Virus record (IMG/VR): IMGVR_UViG_3300029171_000002
Coordinates: 9,343-73,342 of that record
Source: a virus
Lineage: Duplodnaviria > Caudoviricetes
Reading direction: 5' to 3' (one strand)
DNA: 64,000 nt
In this document: in pieces, positions 47,410 to 57,264 of the stretch
Layout of the letters: the number at the start of each line of letters is the position of its first letter
Numbering within the stretch: position 1 is the first letter of the stretch
Notes under the pieces: model-generated
Databases searched by the model: none
The model's input: the letters and a program-made list of their open reading frames with translations, nothing else
What the model was told of the DNA's origin: nothing
Program-made: the position numbers and the translations under genes

Positions 47410-48287
47410 GACCAGAACCCGGCATCTACAAAAACGTTCCGTTTGATGAGTACATGCTCTGGGAGGGATGCTCTAACTCAATGCTGAACGACATGCGTCA
47501 ATCTCCCGCCCATTGCTATTATCGCAAGAGGAATCCAGAAGAACCAACACCGGCCATGATACTCGGCTCAGCAGTTGATGCTTTGGTTTTTGAACCAGAC
47601 AGTTTTAAAGCACGTTTTGCGGTTACTGAACAATGTACGGCCAAAACACAAAAAGGCAGTAGATGCTCTAATCAGGGCAGTTTGGTCGCCTTCAATTTTG
47701 ACAAGGAATGCGATGAATGGTTTTGTGGAACCCACTCCCAAGCAAATTCAGCAACGGCTCCATCACAAAGAATATTATCCGCATCAGACAATGATAATGC
47801 CGTGGCTATGTCTGAAGCGGTCCGCGCTCACCAATCAGCCTCACAACTATTGACAGCTTGTGAAGCTTTTCAGGCCTCAATGCTGTGGCGGGACTCTCAT
47901 GGTCTTTACTGCAAGGGTCGTCCTGACGGGATATCAAAAAAACATCAAGTTATTATTGACCTAAAGACTACCATTGATGCAGGCCCCACGAGTTTCACAA
48001 AGACCATTTTCAATCTTCATTACTATGCCCAAGCTGCAATGTATTTGTCTGGAGCAAGATCCTGTGGAGTAGATATTCAGGATTTTGCATTCATTGCTGT
48101 CGAAAAAACTCCCCCGTTTGGAGTCGCCGTCTATCGCTTAGAGGAATCAGCTATTGAATTTGGCAGAAGAGAAATTGATAGGCTTTTAGCCACCTACAGA
48201 GATTGTATTGATCACGACTCTTGGCCAGGATATCCAAGTGAAATAGTAGATATTTCTTTGCCAGAATGGGTGATTCGATCGCTATGA
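47406..48287 (+). CDS. RecE/exonuclease VIII-like PD-(D/E)XK nuclease
   Basis: SPAH...TPAMILGSAV, CKGRPD...IIDLKTT, YYAQAAMY, FIAVEKTPPF. Confidence 0.88.
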   Translation: MRPEPGIYKNVPFDEYMLWEGCSNSMLNDMRQSPAHCYYRKRNPEEPTPAMILGSAVDALVFEPDSFKARFAVTEQCTAKTQKGSRCSNQGSLVAFNFDKECDEWFCGTHSQANSATAPSQRILSASDNDNAVAMSEAVRAHQSASQLLTACEAFQASMLWRDSHGLYCKGRPDGISKKHQVIIDLKTTIDAGPTSFTKTIFNLHYYAQAAMYLSGARSCGVDIQDFAFIAVEKTPPFGVAVYRLEESAIEFGRREIDRLLATYRDCIDHDSWPGYPSEIVDISLPEWVIRSL

Positions 48288-48799
48288 CAAGGCCACACAA
48301 GAAATACAAACGGAGGGCAATCCTTACTCTTGAAGCCAGGCTTTGGAGAAATGTAGAAAAGTCTGATGATGGATGCTGGTTATGGACCAAGGCGGTTCGT
48401 CGTGATGGCTATGGTGCCATAGAGGAATACGGAACAAAATTCAATCACGCTGTCCACAGATTGTCTTGGATGTTGGCCAATGGACCAATTCCAGAAGGTC
48501 TTTATGTTTGCCATCACTGCGACACAAAACGTTGTGTTAGGCCAGACCACCTTTTTCTCGGGACAGCCAAAGATAATACCCAGGATTGTATCAAGAAGGG
48601 GCGCTTTCAGAACGTATCACCATACAGGAAAACAAAACTCACAGAAGATATAGTGAGATCGATTCTAGAAATGTCCAATGGAGGGGCACGCCAGATAGAG
48701 ATCTGCAAAAGTCTTAACCTGAGAGACGATCAAGTGTGTCGAATTGTTAATCGAAAAAGATGGAAACATGTAAAGGAGAATGTCAATGAATGCAGGTAA
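48284..48799 (+). CDS. HNH homing endonuclease
   Basis: CWLWT...GYG...HRLSW...GPIPEGL.VCHHCD...CVRPDHLFLGT..DN..D. Confidence 0.92.
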   Translation: MTRPHKKYKRRAILTLEARLWRNVEKSDDGCWLWTKAVRRDGYGAIEEYGTKFNHAVHRLSWMLANGPIPEGLYVCHHCDTKRCVRPDHLFLGTAKDNTQDCIKKGRFQNVSPYRKTKLTEDIVRSILEMSNGGARQIEICKSLNLRDDQVCRIVNRKRWKHVKENVNECR

Positions 48800-49892
48800 G
48801 ACAGAGTTCCTTGAGGGACCGATTGAAACCGTATCGGCTCTTGAGGTCATCAATAAGTCAGAGATTGACATCCAGATCTCGACTGCGAAGAAGTATCCAC
48901 GGCTCATCAAAAAGTTCAAGGATGAAGCCTTGGCAATGGCCACACTTGACGAAGAAACCGCGTCCTCATGCTTCTACGTCCTAAAGCGCAAGAACGCTGA
49001 CGGCACCCCAAACAACATCGAAGGGCCTTCCATTCGCTTGGCTGAGATCATTGGTAGCGCATGGGGGAACCTGCGGTACGGTGCCAGAGTCATTTCCATC
49101 GACGACAAGTTTGTCACGGCTCAAGGCGTTTGCCACGACCTGGAAAAGAACAATAGCGCCAATGTCGAGGTCCGGCGCCGCATCACCACCAAAAGTGGAA
49201 GTCGCTACGGTGACGACATGATCGGAGTCACGGCCAATGCAGCGTGTTCCATTGCCCTGCGCAACGCAATCTTCAAGATCGTGCCTTTCACTTACGCTAA
49301 GGATATCTACGAGCAAGCGAAAAAGACGGCGATCGGAGACGCCAAAACGTTGTCATCGAAGCGTGAGAGCATGATTCAGTATTTCGGCAAGATGGGTGTC
49401 AGTAAAGACAAGATCTTCGCCAGCCTTGACATCAAGAGCGTGGACGAAATCGGGCTGGATCAGCTGGCTACACTAAAGGGATTCGCCACGGCCATCAAAG
49501 ACGGGGATTCAACGATTGAGCAGGTGTTCGAGAAGCAAGCACAGGAAACCAGTAGTGGAGCTTCCAAGCTGAACGAGAAGATGCAGGAGACTGCGACCCA
49601 ACAGAAAGAAGCAGCGGCACCGACAGAAACAGCGGCCCAAGGCACTCTAATTCCAGAGACACAACTAGGTGAAGACGTACCGACCGACGACGCTGTTCTA
49701 GACCTTCGCTTAGCCATCAAAGAACTACTTACGAAGAACTTTACTCCCAATGTCGTAGGTTCAAAACTGACTACCCTCAGCAAGCGACCAAAGTCAGGTG
49801 GCGGGCACGAGTACTTGACGACCAAGACCCTTGAAGAATGCTCTGACGTGGAATGGCTCCAACTCACTTACGCTAATCTCTCTTCCAAATAA
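48786..49892 (+). CDS. putative ssDNA-annealing recombinase
   Basis: IDIQISTAKKYPR...IEGPSIRLAEI...WGNL; follows exonuclease. Confidence 0.65.
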   Translation: MNAGKTEFLEGPIETVSALEVINKSEIDIQISTAKKYPRLIKKFKDEALAMATLDEETASSCFYVLKRKNADGTPNNIEGPSIRLAEIIGSAWGNLRYGARVISIDDKFVTAQGVCHDLEKNNSANVEVRRRITTKSGSRYGDDMIGVTANAACSIALRNAIFKIVPFTYAKDIYEQAKKTAIGDAKTLSSKRESMIQYFGKMGVSKDKIFASLDIKSVDEIGLDQLATLKGFATAIKDGDSTIEQVFEKQAQETSSGASKLNEKMQETATQQKEAAAPTETAAQGTLIPETQLGEDVPTDDAVLDLRLAIKELLTKNFTPNVVGSKLTTLSKRPKSGGGHEYLTTKTLEECSDVEWLQLTYANLSSK

Positions 49893-50300
49893 ACTACGAT
49901 CACGACAAGGAGAAAATCAATGGCTACGGGGACTCCCAAAGGTTTCAACTCCAATGCAGTTGGGTCAGATGTCGAGTGTTGTTACTACTTCAATGATGCG
50001 GATTTACGTGAGGCTGCGGGGGAAAAGAAAGAGCCAGCAGGTAAACCGCATGGAGCCACGGGTTCAAGTTGTGGTGGTATGGTTCGCAGTGTGAATTTTG
50101 CAGTCGAGGTTTTGCAGCGCAAACGCTTGGAAGCACTCCAGGCGTAACAGGTTCTCATCCCGGTGCAATCACGGCCGGGATGAGGGTATTTCAAAAATGA
50201 TCCCAGCCATCATCGTCCTCTGTCTGTTCGTCGTCGCTGCGTTTGCAGCTTTGGTTTACGTTGGCTGGCAGATTGTAAAGGATTTTAAGGAGAATTTTAG

Positions 50301-50663
50301 ATGAGTTCAATCACGCTTCAACTTGACCCAGTGGCTATCCGGGAGGCCACATCGCAGGCGATCATGGGATTGCTGACACCGGAGATGAAGACAAAGATCA
50401 TCACCGATGCCTTGTCAAATCTCCTGAAGCCCTCTACTGACTCATGGAGAAATAACAAAACACCCTTGGAGGAAGCTTTCAACAACGCCGTTATTCAGGT
50501 TACTCAGAAAATGGCCAAGGAAATGGTCGAGGGTGATGCTGATCTTGTGGCCAAGATCAAGGATTTGATCAACCAAACTGCTCACAAAGTACTCAACACG
50601 GATGTCGAGAAGTTGGCAGGAAAAATGTCAGATTCGTTTATTTCTTCAATGCGGAGAGATTAA
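50301..50663 (+). CDS. hypothetical protein
   Basis: 120 aa helical ORF. Confidence 0.5.
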   Translation: MSSITLQLDPVAIREATSQAIMGLLTPEMKTKIITDALSNLLKPSTDSWRNNKTPLEEAFNNAVIQVTQKMAKEMVEGDADLVAKIKDLINQTAHKVLNTDVEKLAGKMSDSFISSMRRD

Positions 50664-50668
50664 TCCAA

Positions 50669-51127
50669 GTGATCACCACCTTCTTCGTCGATGGCAAGTC
50701 TGCACCCAAGGGGAGTACATTTTCTTTCAAAAACAAGAAAGGGAAGATCATCACGATGCAGGAGGGATCCAAAAAACTCTACGCATGGCAGGACGCAATT
50801 GGGTATGTCGCCAAGCAGAATGGAGTTCAGGTCTCGGATGGGGCTATCCATCTGAAGCTCAACTTTTTCATGCTGCCGCCGAATAAGTCCAAGTACTGGT
50901 TTCCACCACGGCCGGATTTGGACAAGCTTTGTAGGAGTTGTCTCGATGCGCTTTCGGGTGTGGCATACGCCGACGATTTTCAAGTAGTTTCAATTCAAGC
51001 AACTAAGCAGTACTCGACTCATCGGTCTGGAGTAGCAATCACTATTCAAACCATCACGGAGGAAGAGTTATGGCAAGAACGAGAAAAGCCGCCAAGCCAG
51101 GCGGGCCTGAACCTAAGTATGTCCTGA
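50669..51127 (+). CDS. rusA: RusA-like Holliday junction resolvase
   Basis: G..APKGS, RPDLDKL.RS.LDAL.G....DD.QVV...A.K.Y. Confidence 0.9.
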   Translation: MITTFFVDGKSAPKGSTFSFKNKKGKIITMQEGSKKLYAWQDAIGYVAKQNGVQVSDGAIHLKLNFFMLPPNKSKYWFPPRPDLDKLCRSCLDALSGVAYADDFQVVSIQATKQYSTHRSGVAITIQTITEEELWQEREKPPSQAGLNLSMS

Positions 51128-51612
51128 TCAACGCAATATCCCCCAAGGGCCAGGAAGTTCTCAATCTGATGCTTGCCCTCATAAATGAGAATCACGAAGA
51201 ACTTGTCAATGCCAACATCATTCCGGCATGGATGATGGGCAACAAGGAAGACAAAGACGGACATTTGATCTTGGGCAAGATGAAGAAAGCCAGTGAGCTC
51301 GAACGCGAAGCTCACGGAGCTGATGGATTCCTGCTCTTGAATCATGAGGCATGGGAAGTGTTTGACATCAACCAGCGCAGGGCTTTGGTCGATCACGAGC
51401 TTGAACACTTGGCGTTAAGTTTTGACGCGGAAACCGCAGAACCGAAGCGTGACGGGCACGACAAACTAGTGTATCGTTTGCGGAAACACGATGTTGAAGA
51501 GTTCCAGTGCATCATCAGACGACACGGTTGCTGGAAGGACGATCTCCGGAAGTTCGCTGAGGATGCGCTGAAGGCGGATAAACAAAAGAATCTCGCTCTC
51601 ACCGCAGGGTGA
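51070..51612 (+). CDS. putative phage metallopeptidase
   Basis: ALVDHELEH zinc-binding motif, HDVEEF...RHG.W. Confidence 0.8.
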   Translation: MARTRKAAKPGGPEPKYVLINAISPKGQEVLNLMLALINENHEELVNANIIPAWMMGNKEDKDGHLILGKMKKASELEREAHGADGFLLLNHEAWEVFDINQRRALVDHELEHLALSFDAETAEPKRDGHDKLVYRLRKHDVEEFQCIIRRHGCWKDDLRKFAEDALKADKQKNLALTAG

Positions 51613-51687
51613 GCTCCGGCAGGTTCGTCGGTCACAGGGAACGCACCCTCTCTCTGCACGGGCCTGCTGGATGCCAGAAAGGACATC

Positions 51688-52464
51688 GTGGAATTCACGC
51701 TTGAAGAAGCAGAAGCAGCAACCATCCTTCGTGGCGTCGTCGGATCTACCGTTCACGGGCTTCAGGTCAGTGATGGCGTCGATGATACTGATGAGATGGC
51801 AGTAACTGTCGAACCATTCAACCGCGTTGTCGGGTTCCAAGAGTTTGAACAACATATTTTTAGGACAGCCGCTGTCAGAGAAGGAAAGCAGGATGCCCGA
51901 TCAAAGTCAGGAGATCTGGACTTGGTGATCTACTCTCTCAGAAAGTATCTCCGGCTGGCACTGAAGGGGAATCCGACTATTCTTAATCTGCTGTTCATCA
52001 AGCATCCATTCGTAACTAAGATGACACCGCCTGGTGAGCAATTACAGAAGCTCCATCCCTACATCATCAGTCGAAAGGCCGGTGGTGCGTTTCTTGGCTA
52101 TCTCACGGCGCAGAGACAGCGGATTAATGGTGAGGGTGGGCAGAAAGGCGTGCGGCGTCTAGATCTCGAAGAGAGATACGGCTTTGATGTGAAATATGCC
52201 ATGCACATGCTCAGGCTTGGATTTGAAGGCGTGGAGTTAATGAGTACTGGGAACCTCACTCTCCCAATGCGTGAACCCGAGAGGTCGTACCTTTTGGATG
52301 TGCGCACAGGCAAAGTGTCGCTACAGGATTGCCTCACTCGTGCCGGCGAATTGGAACGCGAGTTGAAAGATCTATGGGATAGCTCGCCATTACCAAAAGA
52401 GCCAAATCAAGGAATGGTCGAAAGTTGGATGATGAACGCCTACCGTGAAATGTGGGGATTTTGA
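51688..52464 (+). CDS. RlaP-like predicted nucleotidyltransferase (pol-beta fold)
   Basis: GSTVHGL...DDTDE, GNP.IL.LLF, YLGY...Q, GFDVKYAMH.LRL. Confidence 0.85.
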   Translation: MEFTLEEAEAATILRGVVGSTVHGLQVSDGVDDTDEMAVTVEPFNRVVGFQEFEQHIFRTAAVREGKQDARSKSGDLDLVIYSLRKYLRLALKGNPTILNLLFIKHPFVTKMTPPGEQLQKLHPYIISRKAGGAFLGYLTAQRQRINGEGGQKGVRRLDLEERYGFDVKYAMHMLRLGFEGVELMSTGNLTLPMREPERSYLLDVRTGKVSLQDCLTRAGELERELKDLWDSSPLPKEPNQGMVESWMMNAYREMWGF

Positions 52465-53183
52465 TGAGAACAAAACTGAACTGCCTCAGCTATTGGTATC
52501 CGAAGATCGAACCGGTTGTGCCAACTCCCAAGACGGTCATCCTGCGAACCGATCTTGAGTTGTTGCGAATCTACGACTTTGAAGAGAAGAAAGACGAAGC
52601 GACGATGGAGAAGTGGCGTCTCTTTCTTGAAGAAATGAAGTCTGCAGCCAAACCATTTGGAACACCTTTCTTTCTCAGAACCGGTCAAGGCTCTGGCAAG
52701 CATGGATGGAAAGACAACTGCTTCGTCCAAGACGTTGAGAAGATTGGAGACCACATTTTGAGTCTTGTCGAGTGGTCTGAATGCGTGGACATATTTGGAC
52801 TTCCATCTGACGTTTGGGTGATTCGTGAATTCCTTCAGCTTCAGGCGCCGTTTTCATTACCAGGCTACGGCGACATGCCGATCGCAAAGGAGTTTCGATG
52901 CTTCGTTGACGAGGACAAGATCCGCTGCATTCATCCGTACTGGCCAGAGAATGCTATTGAGCATGGACGCCCGCCGGGACACTGGAAAGTACATTACGAA
53001 GACCTACTTGTCTTGAATGATTGGGATGAAAATAAGGTAAGAGATTTGGCCAGCAAGTGCGGCAAGGCTCTTGGTGGCTCGTGGAGCGTCGATATCTGCG
53101 TTACGCTGGCTGGAGAGTGGGTTGTCACGGATTGTGCTGTTGCCGAGAATTCATGGCATTGGCCGGAGTGTAAGAATAAATGA
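52464..53183 (+). CDS. ATP-grasp-like protein (R2K/Cdc123-like)
   Basis: FFLRTG..SGKH, IREFL, EFRCFV..I..HPYW, SVD.C...W.VTD. Confidence 0.6.
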   Translation: MRTKLNCLSYWYPKIEPVVPTPKTVILRTDLELLRIYDFEEKKDEATMEKWRLFLEEMKSAAKPFGTPFFLRTGQGSGKHGWKDNCFVQDVEKIGDHILSLVEWSECVDIFGLPSDVWVIREFLQLQAPFSLPGYGDMPIAKEFRCFVDEDKIRCIHPYWPENAIEHGRPPGHWKVHYEDLLVLNDWDENKVRDLASKCGKALGGSWSVDICVTLAGEWVVTDCAVAENSWHWPECKNK

Positions 53184-53389
53184 GCTTCACCTACGACGAC
53201 GCCATTGCCATCATCCGAGAGATGAAGAACGACCCGCCATCGGAAGAGACTTACCATGGCAGTGAACGATGGATTTTCAGCTGCTGCAGTGGCGATTGGA
53301 AGACGGGTCACAAGATCACTTGCGCTTGGACCAGGGCAAAGCGGATACTGGAAGCATACGACGAAGAAAATAAACCTGCGTCTTTATGA
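53180..53389 (+). CDS. hypothetical protein
   Basis: Coupled ORF. Confidence 0.45.
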   Translation: MSFTYDDAIAIIREMKNDPPSEETYHGSERWIFSCCSGDWKTGHKITCAWTRAKRILEAYDEENKPASL

Positions 53390-53495
53390 TCCCACCACCG
53401 ATCCTACCTCCGGCTAGCCACCGGGAAATCCTGCCAGAAGGTATCCACGCTGTTAACGGGCCGGAGCGATTCGGCCCAGCCCGCCTGGAGGGAGT

Positions 53496-53831
53496 GTGAG
53501 ACGCGCTATCAGGGGAGGAGAGTTAAAACTTGGGCCAGGGCTGAGAAAGTTCTGGATGCGGTACAATGGCGAAATACTCGCCGAGGCTATTGCGAAAGAT
53601 GAACTTACTTTCGGGGATATAGTCGTTCTTGATGGAGATGGCTATGTGAGAAGAATAAGAGACGAAGATCCTCCATCCTCCGTTGCTGGACAAGTATACA
53701 AGACTAAAGACAGACTAGTGACAGTATGTGTCAGAGGCAACGCTACCGTGGCAACCGCAGCTCCAGATACTTCAGCACAACCTCTTGACCCTCAACCTTC
53801 CGAACCAGAGCGTCAAACTCCTCACGAGTAA
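53496..53831 (+). CDS. hypothetical protein starting MRRAIRGG
   Basis: SD GGAGG before GTG; last gene of rightward unit. Confidence 0.55.
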   Translation: MRRAIRGGELKLGPGLRKFWMRYNGEILAEAIAKDELTFGDIVVLDGDGYVRRIRDEDPPSSVAGQVYKTKDRLVTVCVRGNATVATAAPDTSAQPLDPQPSEPERQTPHE

Positions 53832-54072
53832 CCGCGGGCTTTGACTGCGTGGCCGTGCTTTGATCAATCTTGATTCCAAATGGATCTTTTGGTGCCGGCG
53901 CAGCGTTAGGATCACCGGTTGGGATAAGATTCGATCCTGGGCCTGGCTGGCCCGGATTGGTTGGACCCGTGGAAAGGATTGGATCTGGGACTGGGGGACC
54001 TGATGGCATGATAGACCTCGCTTTATTCCTTGTCTTTTTTCTCATCTGAACTCGCTGGCCCGAACCAGCCAA
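53743..54072 (-). CDS. Pro-rich hypothetical protein
   Basis: Last gene of leftward unit; overlaps the + gene tail-to-tail. Confidence 0.4.
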   Translation of the reverse strand: MAGSGQRVQMRKKTRNKARSIMPSGPPVPDPILSTGPTNPGQPGPGSNLIPTGDPNAAPAPKDPFGIKIDQSTATQSKPAVTREEFDALVRKVEGQEVVLKYLELRLPR

Positions 54073-54391
54073 CGACCCTGCGAATAATCAATGGCGCAAT
54101 CAGTTCAGCAATCGCACCTAAAAAGAAACAGCTGGCAACGTGGAGTGGGAGATCCAAGACTTCCATGAAAGGCATTGGCAATTTGTCGACATAAATGGCT
54201 CCCAGAACCCATTCTGCACCCAAGGTCATAACCGACGTTGTTGCGACTTGAACGTCACCGACCATGTATTCTGCGATGATTCTCCAGAGTGAGACAGTAT
54301 GATCGGCAGTTTTCCTTAAAAGGTAATTGCCGAGCTTGATAAAATAAGGGAGTGCGACGCCTACAAAATACCAGAGCCAGTACCTGTTCAC
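54023..54391 (-). CDS. multi-TM membrane protein (holin-like)
   Basis: Three hydrophobic segments, charged C-terminus. Confidence 0.5.
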   Translation of the reverse strand: MNRYWLWYFVGVALPYFIKLGNYLLRKTADHTVSLWRIIAEYMVGDVQVATTSVMTLGAEWVLGAIYVDKLPMPFMEVLDLPLHVASCFFLGAIAELIAPLIIRRVVGWFGPASSDEKKDKE

Positions 54392-54460
54392 GTCACATCC
54401 GATCCGAATCGCTTATTGTCGAAGGTGACGGCCTGGACAATAGCTCTCGTGCTTTCTAAT

Positions 54461-54898
54461 TTATCCGCAACCCCAGAGGCCAATCGAAACTATTTTTTTG
54501 ATTGTGCATCCGATGCCATGATGCCCAACGTCCCTCAAATCCTCGTATGCTTTCTGGAAATTCTCTGCTTTTTGGTTTGAAACTGCAAGCTCCTGTTTAG
54601 ATAAATCCAGCTTATCCTGCATCAATTTGAGTTCACGGGCATTTAGGTCAGCCTCACGCTTGTCCTGCTCCTCATCTCTTTTGATGATTTCGGCCTGCTG
54701 CTTCACCTTCTCCCGCAAGAACACGAGCTCGGTCAGGCGCAACAGAAGTTCCCTTTTCTCTCGCTCAGTCAACGGAGCCTCAATGACAGCGGCAGGCGGC
54801 TTAGGAGTGATGATCACGGTCTTACCTTCGTCAATGGGGGACTGTTGGGCAAGGCAGACAGGAGCGAACAGGATTAGAGCCAAGGCAATGATTTTCAC
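54461..54898 (-). CDS. signal-peptide + coiled-coil protein (spanin-like)
   Basis: GTG start MKIIALALILFAPVCLA; long coiled coil. Confidence 0.45.
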   Translation of the reverse strand: MKIIALALILFAPVCLAQQSPIDEGKTVIITPKPPAAVIEAPLTEREKRELLLRLTELVFLREKVKQQAEIIKRDEEQDKREADLNARELKLMQDKLDLSKQELAVSNQKAENFQKAYEDLRDVGHHGIGCTIKKIVSIGLWGCG

Positions 54899-55344
54899 TT
54901 TGCGACCTCCGCTTTCACTTCCGTTTCCGCAATCGCTCGACGCAACCATAAGTCTAGTTCAGACACAGGTATCTTGGCGACCTCACTTTGCTTCATGGAA
55001 AGCTTTTGATCGATAGCACCCAAGCCCTGCTTCAGATCATTGATCCCAGTTCGGAACGGAGCCGACTTCAAGCGATCGGCCGCCAGGTCGGACTCGCGCT
55101 TTACAAACTCGGCTTCTTTGATATCTAGTTCCTTTTGTTTGGCATCGAGTTCTTTCTCGCGCTCACTGGTACGTTTTTCAATCTGCTGAATCTGTTCCTT
55201 GGCTCGAGCACGGGCGTCTCTGGCATTCAACCACATCTTGAAGCTCCAGAGCACGGCAATCAACACCACGCCGGCCAAGACAGCTTTCAGGCGCCGCGGA
55301 TCCTTCATCACCCATGGAATTGCCAGACCGATCACTGGTAACAT
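54895..55344 (-). CDS. TM-anchored coiled-coil protein (i-spanin-like)
   Basis: N-terminal TM then coiled coil. Confidence 0.5.
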   Translation of the reverse strand: MLPVIGLAIPWVMKDPRRLKAVLAGVVLIAVLWSFKMWLNARDARARAKEQIQQIEKRTSEREKELDAKQKELDIKEAEFVKRESDLAADRLKSAPFRTGINDLKQGLGAIDQKLSMKQSEVAKIPVSELDLWLRRAIAETEVKAEVAK

Positions 55345-55452
55345 TTCAGACTCCTTTTGGTAAGGGAACGAAATAGTCTAGTAAAGTAAAGACTATCTCC
55401 AAAAACAACCAAAACCCAACGACTCCGATAGCTATCGCAACCTCTTTCTTCA

Positions 55453-55671
55453 CTAACTCTCTCCCTCGACCTTCGCGTACAACGCACTACCACGAATCAG
55501 ATCCACCATCTTCGCACAATGGCTCTTACGTTGGTAGCCTTCAGCAGAGTCGGCAATGATCTTGCCGTTGCCGCTTTTCAACTGCCAGCGCCACTCTCCG
55601 GGAACGTCGCTGTAGATCTTGAACTTCAGGTGGCTAGTCGCCTTCTTCGTTGACGTCTGCTTTGAAGCCAT
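55453..55671 (-). CDS. DUF1508/YegP-like protein
   Basis: FKIYSD..GEWRWQLKSGNGKIIADS.EGY..KS.C. Confidence 0.85.
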   Translation of the reverse strand: MASKQTSTKKATSHLKFKIYSDVPGEWRWQLKSGNGKIIADSAEGYQRKSHCAKMVDLIRGSALYAKVEGES

Positions 55672-55951
55672 TTTTCTTCCTCTCTTTGTAATCCTCTGGG
55701 GTAATAGATAGTACTTTACTAACTAAAGGTTCATAAATCCCTGCAGATTTAAGTTGGGAAAGTATTTGATCCATGTTCTTAAGCGTTCCCGCGTTCTCAG
55801 ACACAACTACCAAATCACAATCATCTGTGACATCGTTGTACTCGTAAGTGAGCGTGGTTACCCCTTCAACATTCCCAAGGATGGCAGCTGTCGCTTTGTC
55901 CAACAGTTCATCATCCTTCAATTGATCGGCCACGCTTCGGTATCGTCTCAT
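55634..55951 (-). CDS. hypothetical protein
   Basis: 105 aa ORF. Confidence 0.45.
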   Translation of the reverse strand: MRRYRSVADQLKDDELLDKATAAILGNVEGVTTLTYEYNDVTDDCDLVVVSENAGTLKNMDQILSQLKSAGIYEPLVSKVLSITPEDYKERKKNGFKADVNEEGD

Positions 55952-56319
55952 TTTTCCCCCAGCAGCTCCTGAGAGAGTTCGTCGAATGCGTCACCGTAGC
56001 TGACAGAGCTTGGATCGTGGGGCACTCCTGCCGAGTCTGCCAGAGCAAATTGGCCTGCCCTCTTCCGAACCTCGGCCACGAAAGCGCGGATGCCGAACTC
56101 AACAAAGTCCTCTGGGCTAGCGTCTCCGACTATCCAGCACAGGCCAATATTGGGATCTTTAGATTTCTCAATTATGAATTGCCGCATCGCCTTTGTCACT
56201 TTCCTTGCTCCTTCCACTCGAACTGGGCTGTGGTCTGATTGTACTGGGCGCATCCGTGCTTGATGGCCTCTCTCTGGCTTATAGCCGACACACATCCGCC
56301 TGCAAATAGTAGTCCACAA
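55948..56319 (-). CDS. hypothetical protein
   Basis: Coupled ORF; start uncertain. Confidence 0.4.
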   Translation of the reverse strand: MWTTICRRMCVGYKPERGHQARMRPVQSDHSPVRVEGARKVTKAMRQFIIEKSKDPNIGLCWIVGDASPEDFVEFGIRAFVAEVRKRAGQFALADSAGVPHDPSSVSYGDAFDELSQELLGEK

Positions 56320-56666
56320 AGCAGCCCAATCAACATCCCGGCAATATAGTCACTCATTTTTGGCAGCCTCCCTTCCTCTATGCTTCTCCACATGCAGCGG
56401 GGCGGGCTCACGCAGCTTCGCAAGCGCAGCCATCCTCGCGGTGAGCTTGTCCTGTGGATACTTGGCAAGCTCTGCCTCTAGTTGGCAGATGGGACAGTCC
56501 CCTTCAAGAAATGGCCAATCTGGGACTTTCCTAGTATCCCAATCCCCGGCATCCGACAAATCAACCGTGACAATCCCTTGGTCCTTCCCACAGCCAGCAC
56601 AGTGGACTCCGTTGCCGACAATAACCGTCGCCCCGTGCCGATTCCACCCGTTGAGCCAGTCACCTG

Positions 56667-57041
56667 TCATGTGCGCTCCTTTCCAACCCACTCGCCGAGA
56701 GACTCCGGCCTGTTCTTCGCGAGCCAGAGCCAAAGCTGGGCGCGGGCTTCGGTTTCGGATTTATAGAAGGCCGGAATGTAGCTAAACCATACATAAAAAG
56801 AAGTGGCGTAGTACTGCTCATAGTCCACCCTCCCTGAAGTCATAGTGCAAATCTCCCCCAACTCGCTGGCGGTCGGGGCGTCGAGGAGGTCTATTGGTAG
56901 GTAGGCGCTTTGGTATCTGGGTATGACTTTCCAATCATTACCGGAGCGCACCCAAACCAGCACACTCTTACCCTGCACCAGTCCCGCATCTCGCAGGGCG
57001 GCGCAGAGTTCCTGCGTGGGGACGATTGATTCGAGGGTCAT
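56667..57041 (-). CDS. hypothetical protein (V...ELC..L...G family)
   Basis: APTASELGE...TEARAQLWLWL. Confidence 0.55.
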   Translation of the reverse strand: MTLESIVPTQELCAALRDAGLVQGKSVLVWVRSGNDWKVIPRYQSAYLPIDLLDAPTASELGEICTMTSGRVDYEQYYATSFYVWFSYIPAFYKSETEARAQLWLWLAKNRPESLGEWVGKERT

Positions 57042-57217
57042 TTTGGCGGTTCCTTATCCACAAAGTCCGCAACTTTGTCTTTAGCCTTCTGAAGCAAAAC
57101 GACTGCATCAGTTAGGAGTGGGTCGGCAGGCATCTCCTCAACAGCCAAAACAGCATTGCGAATAGCTAGTTCCGCTGGTGTCAGTCTAAACAGGTCAATC
57201 CGACGTGGAATTGCCAT
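57038..57217 (-). CDS. small conserved phage protein (MAIPRRIDL...)
   Basis: Manual translation; TPAELAI..A..AVE.M.AD..LTDAV.LL..AK.KVADFVD. Confidence 0.6.
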   Translation of the reverse strand: MAIPRRIDLFRLTPAELAIRNAVLAVEEMPADPLLTDAVVLLQKAKDKVADFVDKEPPK

Positions 57218-57264
57218 TTCATTCTCCTTTCAATTTGGCGCAGCTCTCTCGGGTGGGGACGATC

